The notes under the pieces: generated by a model
What the model was told of the DNA's origin: nothing
Database searches by the model: none
The model's input: the letters and a program-made list of their open reading frames with translations, nothing else
Translations under genes and position numbers: made by a program
Shown: positions 1 to 11,703 of the stretch, one piece after another
How positions within the stretch are numbered: position 1 is the stretch's first letter
Layout: every line of letters begins with the position of its first letter
DNA from: Macrostomum lignano
Lineage: Eukaryota
Length of the DNA stretch: 64,000 bases
NCBI GenBank assembly: GCA_002269645.1
Contig: NIVC01003679.1
Coordinates: 1 to 64,000 of the forward strand
Direction of reading: 5' to 3'

Positions 1-890
1 CACAGCTCCATCAGGGACAGCAGGCTGCGGGCGCCTTTGGCGGGCTCGGCTGAGTAGGCAGAGAGGCCCGGCTTTACCTTGGGTGTTCGGTGTGGGGAAT
101 GTGGTGTGGTAAATTTAGTGTGTGGAATTTCCGAATTTGGTGAGGATGCGCAGTGCAATGTGGAGAATACAGTCTGGGAACGCAGTGTGGGAATCTAGTA
201 TTGTGTGGGCTAATGCAGTGTGGGAATGGAGTTTGAGATATGCAGTGTGGTAAATGCAGTGTGGGAATGGAGTTTGAGATACGCATTGTGGTAAATGCAG
301 TGTGGGAATGGAGTTTGAGATCCGCAGTGTGGTAAATGCAATGTGGAAATGGAGTTTGAGATACGCAGTGTGGTAAATGCAGTGTGGGAATGGAGTTTGA
401 GATACGCAGTGTGGTAAATGCAGTGTGGGAATGGAGTTTGAGATACGCAGTGTGGTAAATGCAGTGTGGGAATGGAGTTTGAGATACGCAGTGTGGTAAA
501 TGCAGTGTGGGAATGGAGTTTGAGATACGCAGTGTGGTAAATGCAGTGTGGGAATGGAGTTTGAGATACGCAGTGTGGTAAATGCAGTGTGGGAATGCAA
601 CCAGGGCAGGCAGAAGCTCACCTGCAGATAAGACTCCCCAGCCAGCAGGTAGGGCGGCCGGCCCCGCTCTCTGCCCAGGCGGTAGGCGAAGTGGAAGACG
701 TGCACCGCGAGCCGGTGCTGCCGGCGTCGATCACCACGCCGTAGCGGGACTCGCCGTCTGGCGGCCCCAAGTCGGGCTGGAAGGCAAACAGGTGCACCGA
801 GCGGCTGCCCAGGCGGCTGCTGGCCGCTGACAGGGGCGGCTGCGCCTGCAGCAGCAGCAGCGGCAGCAGCAGCGGCCACTGTAGAGACAT
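1..890 (-). CDS. GDA1/CD39-family ecto-NTPDase (ENTPD5/6-like apyrase), 5' part: exon 622-890 and exon 1-77, which runs off the window
   Basis: Signal peptide MSLQWPLLLPLLLLQAQ. ACR1 motif YGVVIDAGSTGSR continues as VHVFHF after one missing G at 705-706. Donor CAG|GTGAG at 621, acceptor AG at 78-79. The next exon reads VKPGLSAYSAEPAKGARSLLSLMEL, matching the ENTPD5/6 KPGLSAY motif. Confidence 0.88.
180..600. repeat. 41-bp minisatellite filling the ENTPD intron
   Basis: Unit GATACGCAGTGTGGTAAATGCAGTGTGGGAATGGAGTTTGA, period 41 (e.g. 361 and 402). Confidence 0.95.
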
Positions 891-1009
891 GCGGGCGCCT
901 GGCTACCGGATATCCGGCAGGGGGATTATGAGGCCAGGGTGAGAGCGGAACCGCTGAAAGCAGTGGCAGGAAATGTGGGCCAATATTGATTCTCCAGCGA
1001 TGACATACC

Positions 1010-1226
1010 ACTATTATCTCATCTAGACTCAATGTAAGAATATCCCATCTAGTCTCAACTGTAGAATATCTCATCTAGTCTCAACTGTAGAATATCCCAT
1101 CTAGTCTCAATTGTAGAATATCCCATCTAGTCTTAATTGTAAAATATCCCATCTAGTCTCAATTGTAGAATATCACATCTAGACTCAATTGTAGAATATC
1201 ACATCTAAACTCAATTGTAGAATATA
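1010..1226. repeat. 26-bp satellite, left part of the array split by the Helitrons
   Basis: Unit ATCTAGTCTCAATTGTAGAATATCAC, about 8 copies. Confidence 0.95.
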
Positions 1227-1344
1227 CTAGCAATCTTCGCCCCCGATGGGGACATCTGGTTAGAATCCTTGTTCTTTACAAATAACAAATAGACAGCGAA
1301 CTAAAGCCTTCAAAAAACAACAACAGACATTCCCTCTAAAAACA

Positions 1345-1595
1345 AAACATCCAAGACAGCAAGCATCCTCAGACAGCATTCAAGCATCGATCCCAAAATA
1401 GCAAGCATCCCCCAGGTAGCAAGCATCCCCCCGATAGCAAGCAACCCCAGATAGCAAGCATCCGCAGATAGCAAGCATTCCCCCAGACCCCAGATAGTAA
1501 GCATCCCCCAGATAGCAAGCATCCCCCAGATCGCAAGCATCCCCAGATCGCAAGCATCCCCCAGATAGCAAGCACCCCAAATAGTAAGCATCCAC
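1345..1595. repeat. ~17-18-bp GATAGCAAGCATCCCCCA minisatellite inside Helitron 1
   Basis: Degenerate tandem units; source of the spurious MLAIWG ORFs. Confidence 0.9.
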
Positions 1596-1689
1596 CATAC
1601 AATAAGTAAAGTAGCTAGTGCTACAATTTCCTTAGCTCTATAGTGGCTCCTTTAAAATTGGCATGACGCTTACTTTTACGTTTGAAATT

Positions 1690-4680
1690 GTGTAAATTTT
1701 ATGTTTGACATGGTGGCTCTTTAATGTTTGACATGGTGGCTTTTTAATGTTTGACATGGTGGCTCTTTAATGTTTGACATGGTGGCTCTTTTATGTTCTA
1801 CATGGTGGCTCTCTTATGTTTGATTCAGGGTTTTTTTAATGTCTGACATGGTGTCTCTTATTGTTTGACATGGTGGCGTTTTACTGTTTGACATTATGGC
1901 TCTTTAATTTTTGATAAAGAGCTCTTTTATGTTTGAAATGGTGGCTCTTTAATGTTAGACATGATGGCTCTTTAATGTTTGACATTGCGGCTCTTTTAAT
2001 GTTTGACATGGTGGCTCTTTTATGTTGGACATGGTGGCTCTTTTTTGCTTGACATGGTGGCTCTTTACTGTTTGACATGGTGGCTCTTTAATGTTCGAAA
2101 TGGTGGCTCTTTAATGTTTGACATGATGGCTCTTTTATGTTTGACATGGTGGCTCTTTTATGTTGGACATAGTGGTTCTTTAATGTTCGACATTGGTTGC
2201 TCTTTTATGTTCAAAAAGGTGGCTTTTTAATGTTAGACATGGTGGCTCTTTAATGTTCGACATGGTGGCTCTTTAATGTTAGACATGGTGGCTCTTTATT
2301 GTTCGACATGATGGCTCTTTAATGTTTGACATTGCGGCTCTTTAATGTTTGACATGGTGGCTCCTTTATGTTTGACATGGTGGCTCTTTTTTGATTGACA
2401 TGGTGGCTCCTTTATGTTTGACATGATGGCTCTTTTATGTTTGACATGGTGGCTCTTTAATGTTTTACGTGGTGGCTCTTTAATGTTCTTCATGGTAGCT
2501 CTTTTATGTTTGACATGGAGTCACGAATATACTTGACATGGTGACTCGTTATTGTTCGACATGGTGGCTCTTCTATGTTTGACATGGTAGCACTTTAATG
2601 TTTGACATGCTGGCTCTATAATGTTTGACATGGAGTCACATATATGTTGGACATGGTGGCTCTTTAATGTTCGACATGGTGGCTCTTTAATGTTTGACAT
2701 GGTGGCTCTTCAATGTTTGACATGATGGCTCTTCAATGTTTGACATTGCGGCTCTTTAATGTTTGACATGGTGGCTCCTTTATGTTTGACATGGTGGCTG
2801 TTTTAAGTTTGACATGGTGGCTCTTTTTTGATTGACATGGTGGCTCCTTTATGTTTGACATGATGGCTCTTTTATGTTTGACATGGTGGCTCTTTTATGT
2901 TTGACATGGTGGCTGTTTTATGTTTGACATGGTGGCTCTTCTATGTTTGACATGGTGGCTCTTTAATGTTCTACATGGTGGCTCTCTTATGTTTGATTCG
3001 GGTTTTTTTTAATGTCTGACATGGTGTCCCTTTATTGTTTGACATAGTGGCTCTTTTATGTTTGACATGATGGCTCTTTAATGTTCGACATGGTGGCTCT
3101 TTAATGTTTGACATGGTGGCTCTTTAATGTTTGACCTGGTGGCACCTTAATGTAATGATGGCTCTTTAATGTTTGAAATGGTGGCTCTTTAATGTTCGAC
3201 ATGGTGGCTCCTTTATGTTTAACATGGTGCTCTTAAATGTTTGACATCGTGGCTCTTTAATGTTTGACATGGTGGCTCTCTAGTGTTTCACATGGAGTCA
3301 CGTCTGTTTTTGACATGGAGTCACGTATATATTTGGCATGGAGTCACGTATATGCTTTTCATGGTGGCTCTTTTATGTTTGACATGGTGGGTCTTTAATG
3401 TTTGACATGGTGGCTCTTTAATTTTTGACATGATGGCTCTTTAATGTTCGACATGATGGCTGTTTAATGTTTGTTATGTAGTCATGTGTATATGTTTTAC
3501 ATGGTGGCTCTTTTATGTGTGACATGGAGTCACGTATATATTTGACATGGAGTCACATATATGTTTGACATGGTGGCTCTTTAGTGTTCGATATGGTGGC
3601 TGTTTAATGTTTGACATAGTGGCTATTTTATGTTTGACATAGTGGCTCTTTAATGTCTGACATGGTGGCTCTTTAATGTTTGACATGGTGGCTCTTTTAT
3701 GTTCGACATGGTGGCTCTTTAATGTACGACATAATGGCTCGTTTATTTTCGACATGGTGGCTCTTTAGTGTTTGACATGGCTTTTTAATGTTTGACATGG
3801 TGGCTCTTTTATGCTTGACATGGTGGCTCTTTAACGTTCGACATGGTGGCTCTTTAATGTTTGACATGGTGGCTCTTTTATGCTTGACATGGTGGCTCTT
3901 TAATGTTTGACATAAAGTCACTTATACATGGTGTCTCTTAAATATTAGACATGGTGGCTCGTTTAGGTTTGACATGTTGGCTCTTTTATGTTTGACATGG
4001 TGGCTCTTTTATGTTCGACATGGTGGCTCTTTTTTGTTCTACATGGTAACTCTTTTATGTTTGATACGGTGGCTTTTTAATATCTGACATGGTGGCTCAT
4101 CTATGTTTGACATTGTGGCTCTTCTGTGTTTGACATGGTGGCTGTTTAATGTTTGACATGGTGGCTCTTTAATGTACGACATAATGGCTCGTTTAAGTTG
4201 GACATGGTGGCTTTTTAATGTTTGACATGGTAGCTCTGTTATGTTCGACATGGTGGCTCTTTTAGGTTTGACATGGTGGCTCTTAAATGTTTCACATGGT
4301 GGCTCTTAAATGTCTTACATGGTGGCTCTTTTATGTTTGACAATGTGGCTGTTTAATGTTTTACATGGCGGCTCTTTTATGTTCGACATGGTGGCTCTTT
4401 AATGTTTGACATGCTAGCTCTTTAATGTTCGACATAGTGGCTCTTTTATGTTTGGCATGGTGGCTATTTAATGTTCTTCATGGTGGCTCTTTTACGTTTG
4501 ACATGGTGGGTCTTTAATGTTCGACGTGGTGGCTCTTTAATTTTCGAAATGGTGACTCTTTTATGTTTCACATGGTGGCTCTTTAATGTTTGACATAGAG
4601 TGACGTATATGTTTTACATGGTGCCCATGTAATGTTTGACATGGTGCCTCTTTTATGTTTGACATTGTGCTTTTTTATGT
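1690..4680. repeat. 23-bp satellite array inside Helitron 1 (~130 units)
   Basis: Unit ATGTTTGACATGGTGGCTCTTTA; the 23-aa periodicity of the spurious ORFs equals 3 x 23 bp. Confidence 0.95.
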
Positions 4681-5389
4681 TTAGCAGTTTCGTGTTTTCA
4701 AGGTGTTTTAATAAAAAAATCTTTTTGCAGCACTAAGATTGGAACCCTGGTCGCTGCATTAGCAGTCCAGTCTGTTCGCATCTATGCTATCTCTTTTCAA
4801 TTGGCGAACATGATTTGTGGCCCTTATAATTCAATGCTTACAGCAAGTTGGTTAGAGTAAAAAGTTATGACATAATCAATTTCTTAGTCAGCCAGTATCA
4901 GTGTCAATTTAAGTTAGCAATATTGTTACGCAATTTCAATCAAGTTGTGTGTGCATTTCTTTGGCACTGTTTTCAACTTGTTGTGATGCAATCTTTATCA
5001 GAATTGAAATTCAGTCAGTCAGTTTTTTCTCTAGCATTCTTACAATGCATTTCAGATCGAAAGAGCCGCTTGACCTTTGCAAAAAAGCCTGTTTTTCGAA
5101 TATTTAATCCCTTTAATATTGAGCAATTTTTTAGCCAAGATGCATGTACCGTCCCAGGAAAATTTCTGATCGAATGGTGCAAGTTTGAAGAAAATCGGTT
5201 GAGCCATTTTTTCTGAAATCTATCGCATACCTACCCACATACATACAGACAACTCATTTTTAGTATATAGGACTAGCAATCTTCGCCCCCCGATGGGGGA
5301 CATCTAAATAGAATATCTGTTCTCTAAAAGTAACAAAAAGACAGCGAAATAAAGCTTTCACAAAGACAACAGACATTCCATCTGTAAAG

Positions 5390-6085
5390 AAAACATCCCC
5401 AGACAGCATGCAAGCATCTCCCAGATAGCATGCAAGCATCTCCCAGATAGCAAGCATCCCCCAAATAGCAAGAATCCCCCAAATAGCAAGCATCCCCAGA
5501 CAGCATGCAAGCATCTTCCAGATAGCAAGCATCCCCCAGATAGCAAGCATCCCCAGACAGCATGCAAGCATCTCCCAGATAGCACGAATCCCCCAGATAT
5601 AGCAAGCATCCCCAGACAGCACGCAAGCATCCCCCAGATAGCAAGAATCCCCCAGATAGCAAGCATCCCCAGACAGCATGCAAGCATCCCCCAGATAGCA
5701 AGCATCTCCCAGATAGCAAGAATCGCCCAGATAGCAAGCATCCCCAGGCAGCATGCAAGCATCCCCAGACAGCATGCAAGCATCCCCAGACAGCATGCAA
5801 GCATCCCCAGACAGCATGCAAGCATCCCCAGACAGCATGCAACCATCCCCCAGATAGCAAGCATCCCTGGATACAAAGAATCCTTATAGATAGCTAGCAA
5901 CCCCCTCTCAGATAGCAAGTACCCTCCACTCCCCAAGAGCAAGCATCCCCCAATAGCAAGTTACCCCAGATAGCAAGCATTCTTCCGATAGCAAGCATCC
6001 CTCCCCCCAATAGCAAGCATCACTCAGATACCAAGCATCCCCTGATAGCAAGTATCCATCCTTAAATAGCAAGCATCCACCAGAC
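5390..6085. repeat. GATAGCAAGCATCCCCCA-type minisatellite inside Helitron 2
   Basis: Same unit as 1345-1595, with a longer array. Confidence 0.9.
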
Positions 6086-6139
6086 ATCAAGTAGCTAGTG
6101 CAATAATTTCCTTAGCTTTATAGTGGCTCCATTTTGTTT

Positions 6140-8785
6140 GGCATGACACTTCTTTTTATGTTTGACATGATGGCTCTTCTATGTTTGACATGGACACATG
6201 GTGTCTCTTCTATGTTTGACATGGTAGCTCTTTAATGTTTGACATGGAGTCACGTATATGTTTGACATAGTGGCTCTTTAATGATTGACATCGTGGTTCT
6301 TTAATGTTTGACATGGTGGCTCTTTAATGTTTGACATGGTGTCTCTGTTATGTTTGACATGGTGGCTCAGTTGTTCGACATGGTGTCTCTTCTATGTTTG
6401 ACATGGTAGCACTTTAATCTTCGACATGGTGGCTCTTTTATGTTTGGCATGGTGGCTCTTTAATGTCTGACATGGTGGCTCAATAATGTTCGACATGGTG
6501 GCTCTTTTATGTTTGACATGCTGGCCCTTTAGTGTTTGACATGCCTGCTCTTTAATGTTTGACATGGTGGATCTTTAATGTTTGACATGGAGTAATGTAT
6601 ATGCTTGACGTGGTGGTTCTTTTATGGTTGACATGGTAGCTTTTTTATGTTTGACATGGCGGCTCTTTTATGTTTGGCATGGTGGCTCTTTTATGTTCGA
6701 CATGGTGGCTCAATAATGTTCGACATGGTGGCTCTTTGATGTTTGACATGGTAGTTCTTTTATGTTTGATTTGGTGGCTCTTTTATGTTTGGCATGGTGG
6801 CTCTTTAATGTCTGACATGGTGGCTCAATAATGTTCGACATGGTGGCTCTTTTATGTTTGACATGCTGGCTCTTTAATGTTTGACATGGTGGCTCTTTAA
6901 TGTTTGGCATGGTGGCTCTTTAATGTTTGACATGGTGACTCTTTTATGTTTGACATGGAGTAATGTATATGCTTGACGTGGTGGTTCTTTTATGGTTGAC
7001 ATGGTGGCTCTTTTATGTTCGACATGGTGGCTCTTTTATGTTTGGCATGGTGGCTCTTTAATGTTTGGCATGGTGGCTCTTTAATGTTTGACATGGTGGC
7101 TCTTTAATATTTGACATGGTGGCCCTTTTATGTTCGACATGGTGGCTCTTCAATGTTTGACATGGTACCTCTTTTATGTTCGACATAGTGGCTCTTTAAT
7201 GTTTTACATGGTGGCTCTTTAATGTTTGACATGGTGACTCTTTTATGTTCTTCATGGTAGATCTTTTATGTTTGACATGGTGGCTCTTTAATGTTCGACA
7301 TGGTGGCTCTTTACTTTACTTTTCGAAATGGTGGCTCTGTTTTATGTTTGACATGGTGGCTCTTTAATGTTCGACATAGTGGCTGTTTTATGTTTGATAT
7401 GATGGCTCTTTAATGTTCGACATGGTGGATCTTTAATGTTTGACATGGTAGTTCTTTTATGTTTGATATGGTGTCTGTTTTATGTTTGACATGGTGGCTC
7501 TTTAATGTTCGACATGGTGGCTCTTTAATGTTTGACATGGTAGTTCTTTTATGTTTGATATGGTGGCTCTTTTATGTTCGACATGGTGGCTCTTTAATGT
7601 TCGACATTGTGGCTCTTTAATGTTTGACATGGTGGCTCTTCTATGTTTGACATGGGAGCACTTTAATCTTCGACATGGTGGCTCTTTAAGTTTTGACATT
7701 GTGGCTCTTTAATGTTTGATATGGTGGCTCTTTTATGTTTGACATTGTGGCTCTTTAATGTTTGATATGGTGGTTCTTTTATGGTTGACATGGTGGCTTT
7801 TTTATGTTTGACATGTTGGCTCTTTTATGTTTGGCATGGTGGCTCTTTTATGTTCGACATGGTGGCTCTTTTATGTTTGACATGGTGGCTCTTTTATGTT
7901 CGACATGTTGGCTCTTTTATGTTTGGCATGGTGGCTCTTTAATGTCTGACATGGTGGCTCAATAATGTTCGACATGGTGGCTCTTTTATGTTTGACATGC
8001 TGGCTCTTTAGTGTTTGACATGCTGGCTCTTTAATGTTTGACATGGGGGCACTTTTATGTTTGACCTGGTGGCTCTTTAATGTTTTACATGGTGGCTCTT
8101 TAATATTTGACATGGTGGCCCTTTTATGTTCGACATGGTGGCTCTTCAATGTTTGACATGGTACCTCTTTTATGTTCGACATAGTGGCTCTTTAATGTTT
8201 GACATGGTGGCTCTTTAATGTTTGACATGGTGACTCTTTTATGTTCTACATGGTAGATCTTTTATGTTCGACATGGTGGCTCTTTAATGTTTGATATGGT
8301 GGCTCTTTAATGTTCGACATGGTGGCTTTTTAATGTTCGACATGGTGGCTCTTTAATGTTCTTAATGGTGTCTGTTTTATGTTTGACATGGTGGCTCTTT
8401 AATGTTTCGACATGGTGGCTCTTTAATGTTCTTAATGGTGTCTGTTTTATGTTTGACATGGTGGCTTTTTAATGTTCGACATGGTGGCTCTTTAATGTTC
8501 TTAATGGTAACTCTTTTTTGTTGTTCGAAATGGTGGCTCTTTTATGTTTGACATGGTGGCTCTTTAATGTTTTACATGGTGGCTCTTTAATGTTTCGACA
8601 TGGTGGCTCTTTAATGTTCGACATGGTGGCTCTTTAATGTTTGATAAGGTGGCTCTTTAATGTTCGACACGGTGGCTCTTTAATGTTCTTAATGGTAACT
8701 CTTTTTTGTTGTCCGAAATGGTGGCTCTTTTATGTTTGACATGGTGGCTCTTGTATGTTTGACATTGCGCTTCTTTTATGTTTAG
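6140..8785. repeat. 23-bp satellite array inside Helitron 2 (~115 units)
   Basis: Same unit as 1690-4680. Confidence 0.95.
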
Positions 8786-9368
8786 CAGTTTTTTGTTTTT
8801 AAGGTGTTTTAATAAAAAAATCATTTTGCGCTACCAAGATTCGAACCCAGGTCGCTGCATTAGCAGTCCAGTCTGTTCGCATCTAGGCTATCTTTTTTCA
8901 ATTGGAGCACATGAATTGTGGCCCTTATAATTCAATTCTTACAGCAAGTCGGTTAGAGTAAAAATTTATGACATAATCAATTTCTCAGTCAGCCAGTATC
9001 AGTCTTAATTTAAGTTAGCAATATTGTTACGCAATTTTAATCAAGTCTTGTGTGCGTTTCTGTGGCACTGTTTTCACCTTGTTGTGATGCAATCTTTATC
9101 ACAATTGAAATTCAGCCAGTCAGTTTTTTCTTAGCATTCTTACAATGCATTTCAAGTCGAAATTTTTGCTTGACCTTTGCAAAAAAGCATGTTTTTCGAA
9201 TATTTAATCCCTTTAAAATTGAGCAATTTCTTAGCCAAGATGCATGTACCGTCCCAGGAAAATTTCTGATCAAATGGTGCAAGTTTAAAGAAAATCGGTT
9301 GAGCCATTTTTTCCGAAATCTATCGCATACCTACCCACATACAGACAACTCATTTTTAGTATATAAGA

Positions 9369-10748
9369 TTATCTAGTCTCAATTGTAGAATATTACATCT
9401 AGTCTCAATTGTAGAATATCTCGTCTAGTCTCAATTGTAGAATATCTCATCTAGTCTCAATTGTAGAATATTACATCTAGTCTCAATTGTAGAATATCTC
9501 GTCTAGTCTCAATTGTAGAATATCTCATCTAGTCTCTATTGTAGAATATCACATCTAGTCTCAATTGTAGAATATCCAATCTAGTCTCAATTGTAGAATA
9601 TCCCATCTAGTCTCAATTGTAGAATATCACACCTAGTCTCAATTGTAGAATATCCCATCTAGTCTCGATTGTAGAATATCACATCTAGTCTCAATTGTAG
9701 AATATCACATCTAGTCTCAATTGTAGAATATCCCATCTAGTCTCGATTGTAGAATATCACATCTAGTCTCAATTGTAGAATATCACATCTAGTCTCAATT
9801 GTAGAATATCCCATCTAGTCACAATTGTAGAATATCACATCTAGTCTCAATTATAGAACATCACATCTAGTCTCAATTGTAGAATATCACATCTAGTCTC
9901 AATTGTAGAATATTCCATCTAGTCTCAATTGTAGAATATCACTTCCAGTCTCAATTGTAGAATATCCCATCTAGTCTCAATTGTAGAATATCACTTCCAG
10001 TCTCAATTGTAGAATATCACATCTAGTCTCAATTGTAGAATATCTCATCTAGTCTCAACTGTAGAATATCTCATCTAGTCTCAATTGTAGAATATCGTAT
10101 CTAGTCTCAATTGTAGAATATCGTATCTAGTCTCAATTGTAGAACATCACATCTAGTCTCAATTGTAGAATATTCCATCTAGTCTCAATTGTAGAATATC
10201 ACTTCCAGTCTCAATTGTAGAATATCCCATCTAGTCTCAATTGTAGAATATCACTTCCAGTCTCAATTGTAGAATATCACATCTAGTCCCAACTGTAGAA
10301 TATCCCATCTAGTCTCAACTGTAGAATATCTCATCTAGTCTCAATTGTAGAATATCGTATCTAGTCTCAATTGTAGAATATCGTATCTAGTCTCAATTGT
10401 AGAATATCACATCTAGTCTCAATTGTAGAATATCACATCTAGTCTCAATTGTAGAATATCGTATCTAGTCTCAATTGTAGAATATCGTATCTAGTCTCAA
10501 TTGTAGAATATCGCATCTAGTCTCAATTGTAGAATATCGTATCTAGTCTCAATTGTAGAATATCGCATCTAGTCTCAATTGTAGAATATCGTATCTAGTC
10601 TCAATTGTAGAATATCGCATCTAGTCTCAATTGTAGAATATCCCATCTAGTCTCAATTGTAGAATATCACATCTAGTCTCAATTGTAGAATATCACATCT
10701 AGTCTCAATTGTAGAATATCCCATTTAGTCTCAATTGTAGAATATCCT
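9369..10748. repeat. 26-bp satellite, right part (~53 units)
   Basis: Same unit as 1010-1226, with a variable hexamer (TCCCAT/TCACAT/TCGTAT/TTACAT). Confidence 0.97.
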
Positions 10749-11703
10749 TAATAACCTTACAGGTAATCAAAGCGCACAGAATAAAAACACATAAGCAAGT
10801 TGATTTTGAAATCAAACCATGCAAACAAATTACCAGTAAACTATGAATTACCCCAGTTTAACACACATTTAATATTTTTGCATGAAACTTAAACTCGGCT
10901 AATCCAGCAATACTACTAACCAGTAGGCTGTTACAAATCAACAAAATAGTAGAAAAATACAAATTCAGTTAGAAATGAGGCTGGATAAACGAGAGCGGTG
11001 GCTGGTAAACAGAAAAGAACAAATAGCAGAATATTTGCGAGGACGGAGACAGCGGGGACAGAGTTTGAAGTATTTTATACACTAAATGTGAATGTATAAA
11101 ACCGAGAATGTAGCAGTAGTATTCGCAAGTACTATGTACTCGCAGGTATAATATAAAATGCGCAAAATTAATGTACAGGTCAGGATCAAGGAATAATTTC
11201 GGTTGGTCAACAACTGTATAATGTAACATTTTCTCGATTCATTATGAAGCAGAAAAACTTTCGCTTATAAGTAAATGCCTGCTTTATGCTTCCACTGAGC
11301 TAACACGGATGAATGCAGCAAAATTTCCAACCAAATTGACCCACAAGCAAGCAGTTCGATCCACAGCAAAAGAATTTAACTGTTGAAGACTTGCTTTTTG
11401 TTGTCTATGGCCCAAAGGGGGGTCTGTGCCGCAACAAGAATTTCCACACTTGTGCCGCCAGCTTTGGACCATAGACACTAGCAGATTTCAATGGACAGAG
11501 ATATGGCAAACCTCTCATTCATCCGCGCTGCACGCACTGTTTTGGCCATAGACAATGCTTGAACACCGTCCTATTGACACTGTATACTGAGCTCGATACT
11601 CTGCTTCATCTACACCTTGAGCAATTGCTCAAAAGCAAAGGTTTTTTACTACATTCATAGCGGCCTTGTGCCTACCGCCCAAGAACTCTCACAACTACAT
11701 CAA

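Larger units (their letters stand above)
1227..5272 (-). mobile_element. Non-autonomous Helitron, copy 1 (4046 bp)
   Basis: On the minus strand it starts TCCTATATACTAAAAATG (5272) and ends with a CCCC-ATC-GGGG hairpin about 10 nt before CTAG (1227-1230). No TSD, no Rep/helicase ORF, internal minisatellites. Confidence 0.85.
5273..9368 (-). mobile_element. Non-autonomous Helitron, copy 2 (4096 bp)
   Basis: Starts TCTTATATACTAAAAATG (9368); ends with hairpin plus CTAG (5273-5276), directly abutting the TC of copy 1. Same internal layout as copy 1. Outer flanks give an A|T target with no TSD. Confidence 0.85.

Noticed and set aside
1310-8182. Many 60-190 aa ORFs with periodic sequence (MLAIWG, SNIKEPPCQTLKSHH)
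   Set aside because: Translations of stop-poor tandem repeats inside Helitrons; no splice or domain support.
9369-10748. Regular 26-bp repeats resembling a CRISPR array
   Set aside because: Units are contiguous with no unique spacers, no cas genes are present and the context is eukaryotic.
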